Part shown: positions 38,381-47,759 of the stretch, in pieces | Position numbering within the stretch: the stretch's first letter is position 1 | How the letters are laid out: each line of letters begins with the position of its first letter | NCBI GenBank assembly: GCA_963713975.1 | Contig: OY970218.1 | Location: forward strand, 544,001 to 608,000 | Origin: an uncultured Chloroflexia bacterium | Lineage (GTDB): Bacteria; Chloroflexota; Limnocylindria; Limnocylindrales; CSP1-4 | Direction: 5' to 3' | DNA: 64,000 nucleotides | Translations under genes and position numbers: made by a program | The notes under the pieces: model-generated | The model's input: the letters and a program-made list of their open reading frames with translations, nothing else | Database searches by the model: none | Told to the model about the DNA's origin: nothing

Positions 38381-39745
38381 CTAGAAGTAGCGCATCGGGT
38401 TGACGGGGCTGCCACCGGCCCAGGGCATGCCGCCCACCCAGACCTCGAAGTGGAGGTGCGGTCCCGTTGCCCAGCCGCTGGAGCCGAGCCGGCCGACACG
38501 CTGGCCGCGGCCGACGGACTGGCCGGTGCCGACGGACAGCGAGGACATGTGGTTGTAGGTCGTGTACAGGCCGCTGCCGTGCGAGAGCCAGACCTGCCAG
38601 CCGCCGCCGTTGGACTTCCAGCCCGCGAACACGACGCGGCCTCCGCCTGCCGCCACGACGGATGAGCCGTAGTCGCCTGCGATGTCGATGGCAGCGTGGC
38701 CGGCGTGGGAGTACTGGCTGATGTAGTTGCCACCGCCCACCACGGGCCAGTGGAACCGCCCGCCCGAGTAGTTCGCAGGTCCACCGGGCGAGACCCGGCT
38801 GCTCCCGCGAGAGCTGCCGCCGCCCGAGGCCACCCGCGGCTTGGCGACAGGCTTCGGCGTGGGCTTCGGTGTCGGGATGGGAGCACCCTTGGCCCCCGGC
38901 AGGACGAGCACCTGGCCCACGACCAGCGTCGGGTCGTCGAGTCCGTTCAGGTCGAGGATCCTGGCCGGTTTGACGCCGTGCGCGGTGGCGAGCGAATCGA
39001 GGGTGTCCGTGTCCTTGACCGTGACCACCAGGCCGGACACCGGCGGGATGCGCAGGACCTGGCCGATGTGGAGATCGTCCTTGGACTTCAGCTTGTTCGC
39101 CCACCACAGGGTCATCATCGAGACGCCGAACTTGCGCGCGATGGTGACCAGAGTGTCGCCGGACTTGACCTTGTAGCGCTCGATCAGGTCGGAGCCGTCG
39201 GCCACGTTGGTATCGGGTGCGTATCCGGTGACGAGCGTTCCGTCCTCGAGCAGGCTGTCGGGCCCCGCGCTCGCCGGCTCTGCGATGGCCTCGGTAGAGA
39301 CCTCGTCCGCAAGGACGAACGGTTGGAAGCTGGTGCTCCCGCCCTTGCGGCCCTCGAGCCCGGCCGCGACGTCGATCAGCTCGTCGGTCGGGCGGGTCAG
39401 ACCACCGTTGATGGCCAGGCGGAGACCCTGACCGCTGCCCTGGGTGCCCCCGACGGCGCCACCGGGCGTGGCGGGGAGCACGGCGAGGAGGGATGCGACC
39501 GCGACGATCGCGGCAACGACGACGGGGAGCGCGCGCTCGGCGGTCGCGAAGGGTCGCAGGGCGGCGCGGATCGATGACGAGGCGGAACCGACGGGGCGAC
39601 GGGCGAGGTCCTGCAACCACGCCTGGGCAGTACTGGCAATCCGCACGCTCCGGCGATTGACGCGGGCGATCACGGATTCTCGGTTCGGGCGGCGGCGGTC
39701 ACGCTCACGATCGAGGCGCGGCACGCCATCCGTCGGCTTCTGCAA
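38381..39745 (-). CDS. Membrane-anchored 2xLysM + M23 peptidase
   Basis: TM segment, LysM repeats (YKVKSGDTL, VTVKDTDTL), and M23 motifs HAAID, YNH and HLHFE. Confidence 0.93.
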   Translation of the reverse strand: MQKPTDGVPRLDRERDRRRPNRESVIARVNRRSVRIASTAQAWLQDLARRPVGSASSSIRAALRPFATAERALPVVVAAIVAVASLLAVLPATPGGAVGGTQGSGQGLRLAINGGLTRPTDELIDVAAGLEGRKGGSTSFQPFVLADEVSTEAIAEPASAGPDSLLEDGTLVTGYAPDTNVADGSDLIERYKVKSGDTLVTIARKFGVSMMTLWWANKLKSKDDLHIGQVLRIPPVSGLVVTVKDTDTLDSLATAHGVKPARILDLNGLDDPTLVVGQVLVLPGAKGAPIPTPKPTPKPVAKPRVASGGGSSRGSSRVSPGGPANYSGGRFHWPVVGGGNYISQYSHAGHAAIDIAGDYGSSVVAAGGGRVVFAGWKSNGGGWQVWLSHGSGLYTTYNHMSSLSVGTGQSVGRGQRVGRLGSSGWATGPHLHFEVWVGGMPWAGGSPVNPMRYF

Positions 39746-40089
39746 TACGGTCTCCTGGCGCGAGGACCGGTCTGGGACGGGCGCCTGGGGGCGCCGGCCC
39801 GGTCCTCCGGGGGTTCGCTGTTCCGGTCATCAGGTCCCCCCGAGACCCCTTCCGGCTCGTCGCCGGAAGCGACCGAACGATCGTCGGAACGTACCAGAGT
39901 GGCGGCAGACCGCGCAAACGCCCGGCTCACTGTCCGGGGCGGCGCAGGTCCGTAAGTTTGGGGCCAGACGTCCCGAATCTCGGCATATCTGGCGAGAATG
40001 CGCTGGACTGGCGAGATTCGGCGGCCTTGCGCGCCCCGACGCCGGTCGACCTGCCCGTCCGGCGCGCGTTGTGCCCGCAGGCCGCGGCC

Positions 40090-41502
40090 TCAGTCGAGCG
40101 TCTTGGTCAGCGTGGCGAGGAACTGGGCGTTGCTCTCGGTCTTGGCGATCCGGTTGAGCAGCAGCTCGATCCCCTCGTTGGTCCCGACCGCCGACAGCAT
40201 CCGGCGCATCGTCCAGACCATCTTGAGCGTCCCCTCCTCGAGGAGGAGCTCCTCGCGACGGGTACCGGAGCGCTGGACGTCGATCGACGGGTAGATCCGC
40301 TTCTCGGCAAGCTTGCGGTCCAGGATGAGCTCGGAGTTGCCGGTGCCCTTGAACTCCTCGTAGATGACGTCGTCCATGCGGGACCCGGTGTCGACCAGAC
40401 ACGTCGCGATGATCGTGAGGCTGCCGTTCTTCTTGACAGTGCCGTCGGGGAGCACGTCATCCTCGATCTTGCGGGCGGCCCCGAAGAACCGCTTGGGCGG
40501 GTAGAGGGCGATCGGGTCGATGCCGCCCGACAGCGTCCGGCCGCTCGGCGGGAGCGCGAGGTTATACGCGCGCGCAAGGCGCGTGATCGAGTCGAGCAGG
40601 ACGACCACGTCACGGCCGGTCTCGACCTGGCGCTTGGCGATCTCGAGCGCCATCTCGGCCACGTGGGTGTGGTTTTCGGTGGGCTCGTCGAAGGTGGAGC
40701 TGATGACCTCGCCGTGGACGCTGCGGCGCATGTCCGTGACCTCCTCCGGCCGCTCGCCGATGAGGGCGACCATGAGCAGGATGTCCGGGTAGTTTGCGCT
40801 GATGCCGTTCGCGATGCTCTTGAGCAGCATCGTCTTGCCGGCCTTGGGCGGGCTCACGATAAGCGCGCGCTGGCCCTTGCCGAGCGGGTTGACCAGGTTG
40901 ACCAGGCGCTGGCTCAGGTTCTTGGGGTCCGACTCGAGGTTGATCAGCTCGATCGGATGGATCGGCGTCAGGTCCCCGAAGTGCGGGCGACGGCGGGCGG
41001 TGTCCGTGTCCACGCCATTGACGCTGTCAACGCGGATCAGGCCCCAGAACTTCTCGCCCTCGTGTGGCGCGCGGACGGCCCCGGTGACGCGGTCGCCGAC
41101 GCGGAGGCCGAAGCGCCGCACCTGGCTCGACGAGACATACACGTCGTCGTTGCTGGGCAGCAGGCCATGGCGGCGCATGAAGCCGTAGCCCTCGTCCACG
41201 ATGTCGAGGATGCCGAAGGCATAGTCCAGCCCCGCGCGCTCCGTCTGCGCCTGGAGGATCAGGTCGACGAGCTCGTCGCGGTGGTCCTCGGCGGTTGTGT
41301 CGACCTCGAAGCCCTTGACAACCTCGCGGAGCTCCTTGACCGACATCTCGCGCAGGTCGCGGATGTCGAGGTCATTGCGCTCGCGGGCGGCTTCTAGCTC
41401 AGCTACCTCGTCCTGCTCGGTGACGGGCAGGCGATTCGTGGACTGGGGGCGACGACGCGGCCGGCGGTTGCGGCTGGTGCGCTGGTCGGGGCCATTCGGC
41501 AT
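40090..41502 (-). CDS. rho: Transcription termination factor Rho
   Basis: DDVYVS, GKGQR, PPKAGKT, ERPEEVTD, DSITRLARAYN and EEFKGTGN. Confidence 0.98.
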   Translation of the reverse strand: MPNGPDQRTSRNRRPRRRPQSTNRLPVTEQDEVAELEAARERNDLDIRDLREMSVKELREVVKGFEVDTTAEDHRDELVDLILQAQTERAGLDYAFGILDIVDEGYGFMRRHGLLPSNDDVYVSSSQVRRFGLRVGDRVTGAVRAPHEGEKFWGLIRVDSVNGVDTDTARRRPHFGDLTPIHPIELINLESDPKNLSQRLVNLVNPLGKGQRALIVSPPKAGKTMLLKSIANGISANYPDILLMVALIGERPEEVTDMRRSVHGEVISSTFDEPTENHTHVAEMALEIAKRQVETGRDVVVLLDSITRLARAYNLALPPSGRTLSGGIDPIALYPPKRFFGAARKIEDDVLPDGTVKKNGSLTIIATCLVDTGSRMDDVIYEEFKGTGNSELILDRKLAEKRIYPSIDVQRSGTRREELLLEEGTLKMVWTMRRMLSAVGTNEGIELLLNRIAKTESNAQFLATLTKTLD

Positions 41503-41699
41503 TGGTTTGGGCACACCTTCGGGGTGGGGTCCGGCACCGGATCGATCCGGCGGGGAATGATGGGTCGCGCCACGGGCCGTCTGTCGCGCGGAATCGGGGT
41601 GCCGAGGCGCGCGGCCGGTGGGGATGACCCGAGGATATCGGACTGCGGCGCCGGGCGTCAATGCTCATCGCGAGCTCATCGCTCCGGCCGCGTCAAGCC

Positions 41700-42659
41700 T
41701 CAGGCGTCATCGTCGAGCGGACCGCCGTAGTCCACGAGCGGCGGGGGAACGTCCTCGTCCCGTGGAACGCCGCGCAGTGCGAGCACGCCCCCGACCGCGA
41801 TCGCAACCGCCCCTACGACCGCGCTCGAGACAAGGGCCTCCCCGAAGACGATCGTCCCCACCAGGAACGACCACACCAGGGTCAGGTATCCGAGTGGGGC
41901 GAGGTCACTCGCTCGTCCCCACCGGTAGGCAGCCACCAGGAGCCGGTGCCCCGTCAGTGCGCCCAGCCCGACGATGGCGATACCCACCCACTCGACCGGC
42001 GTCGGCGTGGAGTCCGTCGGGATCGAGACCTCGAGGATCGTCGCCGCGACGAGCCCGATGACCCCGGACCAGAACACGGTCACGTCGGTCGGATCGGTCC
42101 GGAGCGAACGTGTCAGCAGGCTGAAGATCGCGAGCGAGAATGCGCTCGTGAGGGGGACGAGCACGGCCGTGTCGAGATGCGACGGATCCACGCCCACGAG
42201 GACGACAACCCCACCGAACCCGAGCACGGCCCCGCCGATGGCGAACCGGGTCACCCGCTCCCCGAGGAACGGCCCAGCGAGCGCGATGACGATCAGCGGC
42301 GTGGTGGAGCCGAGCGCGCTGACCTCCGCGAGTGGCAGCAGCGACAGGGCGAGGAAGTAGGTCGCCGTGGCGGCGAACATGGCGAGCCCGCGGGCAAGCT
42401 GGGTCCACGGCCGCTTCGTCGCCATGAGGCGTCGCGGTTGCCGCCTGCCGGCAAACAGCAGCAGGGCCAGTAGGTAGCTGATGTGCCGGCCGAACACGAC
42501 ATGAACGACCGGGATGTCCGCCACGAGCGTCTTCGTCAGTGAATCTGTCGCAACGAAGACGAGCCCTGCCGATATGAAGATGAGCGCCCCATGGCGGGCC
42601 GGGGAGAGCCGGTCCAGGAATGGCTGCCACGGCAGAGCCAGGACCTGGCGGTCGGGCAT
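41700..42659 (-). CDS. DMT/EamA family transporter
   Basis: About 10 TM helices in two EamA repeats. TGATG coupling to the upstream gene. Confidence 0.9.
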   Translation of the reverse strand: MPDRQVLALPWQPFLDRLSPARHGALIFISAGLVFVATDSLTKTLVADIPVVHVVFGRHISYLLALLLFAGRRQPRRLMATKRPWTQLARGLAMFAATATYFLALSLLPLAEVSALGSTTPLIVIALAGPFLGERVTRFAIGGAVLGFGGVVVLVGVDPSHLDTAVLVPLTSAFSLAIFSLLTRSLRTDPTDVTVFWSGVIGLVAATILEVSIPTDSTPTPVEWVGIAIVGLGALTGHRLLVAAYRWGRASDLAPLGYLTLVWSFLVGTIVFGEALVSSAVVGAVAIAVGGVLALRGVPRDEDVPPPLVDYGGPLDDDA

Positions 42660-43990
42660 CAGGTCGGGAGGATGTCGGTGAGGTGCCCGGTGGCGTCGAA
42701 CCCGATCGGTGCGACGGCACCTGCGATCTCGCACGAGCCCGTCGCCACCAGCTCGGGGAGCAGCGGCTCCGACGCATAGAACCACTCGAGATGCTTCGTA
42801 TCCATGAGGCGCACGATCCGCGCAGTGTCGGCACGCACCTTGAGGCAACACGCGATCGCCACGTCAAGCGCCTGGCGGTCTGTGTCGACGGTCAGGGCGA
42901 CCCTGGCGCCCTCGGGCGTCTTGGCCGTGACGCAGTTCATGTACGTCTTGGCGACATCCATGCGGTCCACGGCACGCCGGAGCACGACGTCCGCCATGCC
43001 GATCCCGACAGCGTTGCCCTCCGTCGCGTCGGTAAGGTCACGGACGATGATCCGCTGGAGCAACGGCGGCCTGCCAGTGGGCCCGGAGTAGTACCGGCCG
43101 ACGACGTTGGAATCCATGCCCAGCCCGCTGATGTCCTTCCCGATCAAGTCGAGGATGAGGACGTCCGCTGCACTAACAGGCAGGCGGGCGAGCGAGGCGT
43201 CAGCTTCGCGCAGCAGCTCCTGCTCACGGTCCACCATCGCCTCTGCTCGAACAGCCTCGATCCGCCGGAGGCGCGCATGGCCGTTCTCGACGAGGGCCAC
43301 GCCGAAGGGGATGGGGACGCGACTCAAGGTGAAGGTCGCGACAGCGGGGATGAGCCGATGGAAGGTCGCGAACCCCTCGCCGTGGAAGGTGTCGGCGCCG
43401 CGCTGCTTGCCGAGGCCAATCGCGATCATCTTGAGCAGCCCGCTCTCCACCGGGCCGGTGAAGTCCGTATGCGGCTTGACGCGGTTGATGGGAATGATGA
43501 TGTCGGCGCCCTCGAGGGCCGCGCGATCGACGAACACCGGCACCCGATCCTCGACCGAGCCGATCTCGACCGTATCCATGCTCGAGCGGATCTCGCAGCC
43601 GACCGTGTCCTCGGTGATCCCCAGTGACGCGAGCACGGCGAGCTGTCCTTCCGCCGTCGCCGCACCGTGGCTCCCCATCGCCGGAACGACGAAGACCTCC
43701 AGGTCTCGGGCCCGGAGCGTCGATACGGTTGCCCGCACGACGTCGGCGATCCGGTCGATCCCGCGACTGCCGATCGCCAGACACACCCGGCCGGAACGGG
43801 GCAGAAGCTCCGCCACCGAATCGACGGCCAGCCCGACCGCCCGGTCAACATCCTCGACCGCGGTGGAGTCGATGCGGTGGTGGACGAGCGCCCAGGAAGG
43901 CAGACGATGGTGGTGGAATACGGCGAGCGGATCGGCGCGGTCGATCACCCCGGGCGGGGGCGACGGCGCATCGTCGCGGGCGACATCCAT
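42659..43990 (-). CDS. Lactate-racemase-domain (LarA-like, DUF2088) protein
   Basis: GSRGI, PAMGSHGAATAEGQ, NRVKPHT, KMIAIGLGK and GKDISGLGMD motifs. Confidence 0.75.
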   Translation of the reverse strand: MDVARDDAPSPPPGVIDRADPLAVFHHHRLPSWALVHHRIDSTAVEDVDRAVGLAVDSVAELLPRSGRVCLAIGSRGIDRIADVVRATVSTLRARDLEVFVVPAMGSHGAATAEGQLAVLASLGITEDTVGCEIRSSMDTVEIGSVEDRVPVFVDRAALEGADIIIPINRVKPHTDFTGPVESGLLKMIAIGLGKQRGADTFHGEGFATFHRLIPAVATFTLSRVPIPFGVALVENGHARLRRIEAVRAEAMVDREQELLREADASLARLPVSAADVLILDLIGKDISGLGMDSNVVGRYYSGPTGRPPLLQRIIVRDLTDATEGNAVGIGMADVVLRRAVDRMDVAKTYMNCVTAKTPEGARVALTVDTDRQALDVAIACCLKVRADTARIVRLMDTKHLEWFYASEPLLPELVATGSCEIAGAVAPIGFDATGHLTDILPT

Positions 43991-44001
43991 GATCGTCGCC
44001 C

Positions 44002-44778
44002 CTAGATGGTCATCGCGCTGAAGCCGCCATCCACGCGGACGATCGACCCGGTCACGTAGCCGGAGGCGGCCTCCGATGCCAGCCAGACGGCGGTTCCCAC
44101 CAACTCGTGCGGCTCGCCCAGGCGCCCGGCCGGTGTGTGCGACATGATCGCGCGCAACCGGTCCTCGGACAGCAGGGCGCGGTTCTGCTCAGCGGGAAAG
44201 AACCCGGGAGCGATCGCATTGACGCGGATCTGATGCGGCGCGAGCTCGCGAGCGAGGTACTGGGTCAGGTTGTTCAAGCCCGCCTTCGCGACCGAGTACG
44301 TGAGAACGCGGGACAAGGGCGGCCCGGACGAGGCGGACGATATGTTGATGATCGAGCCACCGTGGCCGTTGGTGATCATGGCCCGGGCGAAGACCTGGCA
44401 TGCGACCAGCACGGCCGTGAGGTTCACGTCCAGCAGCCGATGCCACTCGTCCAGCCCGATCTCCAGGAATGGGGTTGCACTGTTCACGCCCGGGGCGTTC
44501 ACGAGCACGTCGACAGGACCGAGCGTCCCCTCGACCTCCCGGCACGCTGCCTCCACCTGGATGGGATCCGTCGCATCCACCCGGACGGCCATGGCGCGGG
44601 CGCCTTGCGCAAGGAGTGCCTCGACTCGGGCCGCACCCCGCTCCTCGGATCGGCCGAGCACTGCGACGGCCGCCCCCGCGTCGGCGAGACCGTGCGCGAT
44701 GGCCCCACCGAGGACGCCCGTCCCGCCGATCACCGCGGCAACCCGCCCAGTGAGATCGAACACGCCCGTTGTGGTCAT
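44002..44778 (-). CDS. SDR oxidoreductase, D-mannonate/fructuronate reductase-like
   Basis: GGTGVLG, PLSRVLTYSVAKA, IAPGFF..EQNR and HTPAGRLG are typical of this classical SDR subgroup. Confidence 0.8.
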   Translation of the reverse strand: MTTTGVFDLTGRVAAVIGGTGVLGGAIAHGLADAGAAVAVLGRSEERGAARVEALLAQGARAMAVRVDATDPIQVEAACREVEGTLGPVDVLVNAPGVNSATPFLEIGLDEWHRLLDVNLTAVLVACQVFARAMITNGHGGSIINISSASSGPPLSRVLTYSVAKAGLNNLTQYLARELAPHQIRVNAIAPGFFPAEQNRALLSEDRLRAIMSHTPAGRLGEPHELVGTAVWLASEAASGYVTGSIVRVDGGFSAMTI

Positions 44779-44886
44779 CGGCTTCCATCTCTCCCGTCAC
44801 TGACCGTGGTCGGAGGTCGGCCAGGTTCCCCGTCGGTTGCGTCTACCACCCGCCGGTGCGATGTTTGCACACGCGGTGTCCGAGGG

Positions 44887-44903
44887 TCTACTGTAGGACA
44901 ATC
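44887..44903. promoter_or_regulatory. Candidate FadR operator copy A: TCTACTGTAGGACAATC
   Basis: Lies in the divergent promoter and matches 51005-51021 at 16 of 17 positions. Confidence 0.7.
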
Positions 44904-44939
44904 AACCGCGGAACGCGAGCGAATCGAGGGACAGTGGCC

Positions 44940-45407
44940 GTGACCCAGTACGTCTTCGATCCCCGTGAGGCCATCCGATACCGGTATCCGACGCACACCA
45001 ACGACCTGATCATGGATCGTGCCCAGGGGTCCGCGGCCGAAGCGTTCTTCGTGATCCTCGAACCCGGTGAGGCGCCCCCGATCCACGTCCACCAGGACGC
45101 CGAGCAGGTGTTCTTCATCCTCGAGGGCGAGGGCGAGTTGGGGGTCGGGCCGGGAGCCACCGACAAGCATCCCCTGAAGGTCGGCGACTTCGTGCGGACG
45201 CCCCCCGGTGTCCCCCACTCCGTCCGATGCACGGGCCCGAGCCGCTTCGTGTACCTGAGCATCGACTGCTTCGTCGCCGGGCCCGATCCGGCCGAGCCGA
45301 CCTGGGACTCCCACGTCCACCAGATGTGCAAGGACAACGGCTGGGATTTCGATGCCGTGAAGCTGGGCGCCGTCCCCGACGGCTCGGAAGCCCTGAACAA
45401 GCGCTGA
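44940..45407 (+). CDS. Cupin domain protein
   Basis: HVHQDAEQVF and PPGVPH metal motifs. Confidence 0.88.
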   Translation: MTQYVFDPREAIRYRYPTHTNDLIMDRAQGSAAEAFFVILEPGEAPPIHVHQDAEQVFFILEGEGELGVGPGATDKHPLKVGDFVRTPPGVPHSVRCTGPSRFVYLSIDCFVAGPDPAEPTWDSHVHQMCKDNGWDFDAVKLGAVPDGSEALNKR

Positions 45408-45435
45408 GTCGCGTCCCGGGACCATTGGAGGAGTC

Positions 45436-45759
45436 ATGATCAGGCACTTCGCCGACCTCACGGTCGCACCGGAGCCCTACGCTGACTACCGGCCCGTGTT
45501 CGAGACGAGCCGGCTCAATGTCACGCAGGTCCGGATCCACCCGGGCGCAACCGTGCCGAGGCACACCCATCTCGACGAGGACCAGGTCTACTACGTGGCC
45601 ACGGGGACGGGCTTCGTGCTCCTGGACGGCGAGCGGACGGACGTGACGACGGGCAGCAGCGTCCTCATCCCGATGGGCACCGAGCACGAGATCACGAACA
45701 CGGGAACCGAGCCCCTGGACTACGTGTTCTTCGTGGTGTTCATTCCGGAACGGGCATGA
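45436..45759 (+). CDS. Cupin domain protein
   Basis: HTHLDEDQVYY and PMGTEH motifs. GGAGG RBS. Confidence 0.88.
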   Translation: MIRHFADLTVAPEPYADYRPVFETSRLNVTQVRIHPGATVPRHTHLDEDQVYYVATGTGFVLLDGERTDVTTGSSVLIPMGTEHEITNTGTEPLDYVFFVVFIPERA

Positions 45760-46523
45760 CCGAATTCCTGCGCGACCGCCTTCGGACGGTTGTCCTCGCG
45801 AACCGCGAAGCACTCGGCGCGGAGTCCGCGCGGTATGCGGCCGGTCGCCTGAAAGCCCTCTTGGAACACCAGGCTCGCGTGCGGGTCATCTTCGCCGCCG
45901 CGGCATCCCAGGCCGAGATGCTCGCCGTGCTCGCGAAGGAGCCGGGGATCGACTGGACACGCGTGGACGCCTTCCATCTCGACGAGTACGTCGGACTCCC
46001 GATAGGGCATGAGCGGGCATTCGGCACCTGGCTGCACGAGCACATCTGGTCCCTGGTGCACCCGGGCCGAGTGGAGCGACTCGACGGCGGCAACCCCGCC
46101 GGTGGCGACGCGGAGGCGCTGCGCTACGGCGATCTCCTGGCGGACGGCGGGATCGATCTCGCGCTCCTCGGGATCGGCGAGAATGGCCACGTCGCCTTCA
46201 ACGATCCGCACGTCGCAGACTTCGACGACCCGCTGTGGGTCAAGCCCGTCGAGATCGACGACACGAGTCGGCACCAGCAGGTGCGCGACGGGGCGTTCGA
46301 CCGGTTCGAGGACGTCCCGCGGGTCGCCCTCACCGTGACCATGTCGACCATCCGCGGGTGTCGCGTTGTCGCGCTCGTCGTGCCCGGGCCGCAGAAGGCC
46401 ATCGCGGTCGCCGCCGCGCTGGACGGCCCGATCTCCGCCGCCTGTCCCGCGTCCATCCTGCGCGGCCACCCGGACGCCGTGCTGTTCGTGGACGAGTCCG
46501 CTGCCTCGCTTGTCAAGTCCTGA
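45756..46523 (+). CDS. nagB: Glucosamine-6-phosphate deaminase-like protein
   Basis: FHLDEYVGL, LGIGENGHVAFNDP and CPASIL motifs. Confidence 0.8.
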   Translation: MTEFLRDRLRTVVLANREALGAESARYAAGRLKALLEHQARVRVIFAAAASQAEMLAVLAKEPGIDWTRVDAFHLDEYVGLPIGHERAFGTWLHEHIWSLVHPGRVERLDGGNPAGGDAEALRYGDLLADGGIDLALLGIGENGHVAFNDPHVADFDDPLWVKPVEIDDTSRHQQVRDGAFDRFEDVPRVALTVTMSTIRGCRVVALVVPGPQKAIAVAAALDGPISAACPASILRGHPDAVLFVDESAASLVKS

Positions 46524-46568
46524 CGGCGGCTGACGTCCCGCCCGCCGCACGTGCCGAAGGAGCACTCG

Positions 46569-47759
46569 ATGACAACACTCGCCATCAACGGGGGAACCCC
46601 GGTCCGAACCAGGCCCTTCGCGGCTTGGCCCGTCTTCGGGCGCGAGGAGGAGGAAGCGCTGCTGCGCGCTCTCCGATCCGGGGTGTGGGGCTCGATCGAC
46701 GGCACCTTCGTCAAGGAGCTCGAGATCGAGTTCGCAAAGGTCCAGGGTGCACGCCACGGCATCGCGTGCGTCAATGGCACGATGGCGCTGTCGGTTGCGC
46801 TCAAGGCGCTGGGCGTCGGTCCTGGTGACGAGGTCATCGTCCCGCCGTACACGTTCATCGCCACGGCCAGCGCGGCGCTCATGATCGGTGCCGTTCCGGT
46901 GTTCGTGGACGTCGGTCTGGACACACTTCTCATCGACCCGACCCAGATCGATGCTGCCGTGACTGCGCGGACGAAGGCCATCATCCCGGTCCACCACGGC
47001 GGATCGCCGGCCGACATGGACGGGGTCATGGCCGCGGCGCGCCGGCACGGCCTCAAGGTCGTCGAAGACGCCGCCCAGGCGCATGGTGCCGCGTGGCGCG
47101 GAACGCCGGTGGGCGCGATCGGTGACGTCGGGACCTTCAGCTTCCAGTCGTCCAAGCCAGTCAATGCGGGCGAAGGCGGCATGATGGTCACCAACGACGA
47201 CGAGGCCGACGAGCTCCTGTGGTCCTATCGCAACGTCGGTCGTCGTCGTGGCGGCGAGTGGTATGAGCACGTCCGGCTCGGCTGGAACCTGCGCCTGTCC
47301 GAATTCCAGGCAGCGGTCATCCTGGAACAGTTGAAGCGGATGCCCGCCCAGCAGGCACACCGCAGCGAAGCTGCCGCGTACCTCTCGAGTCGGCTGCGCG
47401 AGATCCCGGGAGCGGTCCCGCTCAACGTGCCCGAGGGCGTCACCGCGCACAGTTGGTACACGTATCACTGGCGCTGGCTCGGCGCCGAGCAGGGTGGGCT
47501 GCCGAAGAAGGCCTTCGCCGAGGCGCTGCGCGCAGAGGGCGTGCCGGTGTTTGCGGGCTATGTGCCACTCAACCGGAACCAGGCCGTGATCGACGAGATC
47601 GCGCGCCTGGGCGGTCAGGCCCCAGCCGCATGTCCGAACGCGGAACGTGCCGAGGCTGACGAGATCATGATGTTCTCGCTGTCCATCCTGATGGGCACCC
47701 ACGAAGACATCGACGACGTCGTCGAGGCGATCGCCAAAGTGGCTGCGGCCCGGGCATGA
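46569..47759 (+). CDS. DegT/DnrJ/EryC1/StrS PLP sugar aminotransferase
   Basis: NGTMAL, GPGDEVIVP.YTFIAT, EDAAQAHG and FSFQSSK (PLP Lys) motifs, plus GEGG. Confidence 0.95.
   Translation: MTTLAINGGTPVRTRPFAAWPVFGREEEEALLRALRSGVWGSIDGTFVKELEIEFAKVQGARHGIACVNGTMALSVALKALGVGPGDEVIVPPYTFIATASAALMIGAVPVFVDVGLDTLLIDPTQIDAAVTARTKAIIPVHHGGSPADMDGVMAAARRHGLKVVEDAAQAHGAAWRGTPVGAIGDVGTFSFQSSKPVNAGEGGMMVTNDDEADELLWSYRNVGRRRGGEWYEHVRLGWNLRLSEFQAAVILEQLKRMPAQQAHRSEAAAYLSSRLREIPGAVPLNVPEGVTAHSWYTYHWRWLGAEQGGLPKKAFAEALRAEGVPVFAGYVPLNRNQAVIDEIARLGGQAPAACPNAERAEADEIMMFSLSILMGTHEDIDDVVEAIAKVAAARA

Noticed and set aside
39750-40080. c-di-AMP (ydaO) riboswitch before the M23 gene
   Set aside because: The conserved GAATC, GGGGAACC and CCGTCAGCTAACC-like elements are not visible.
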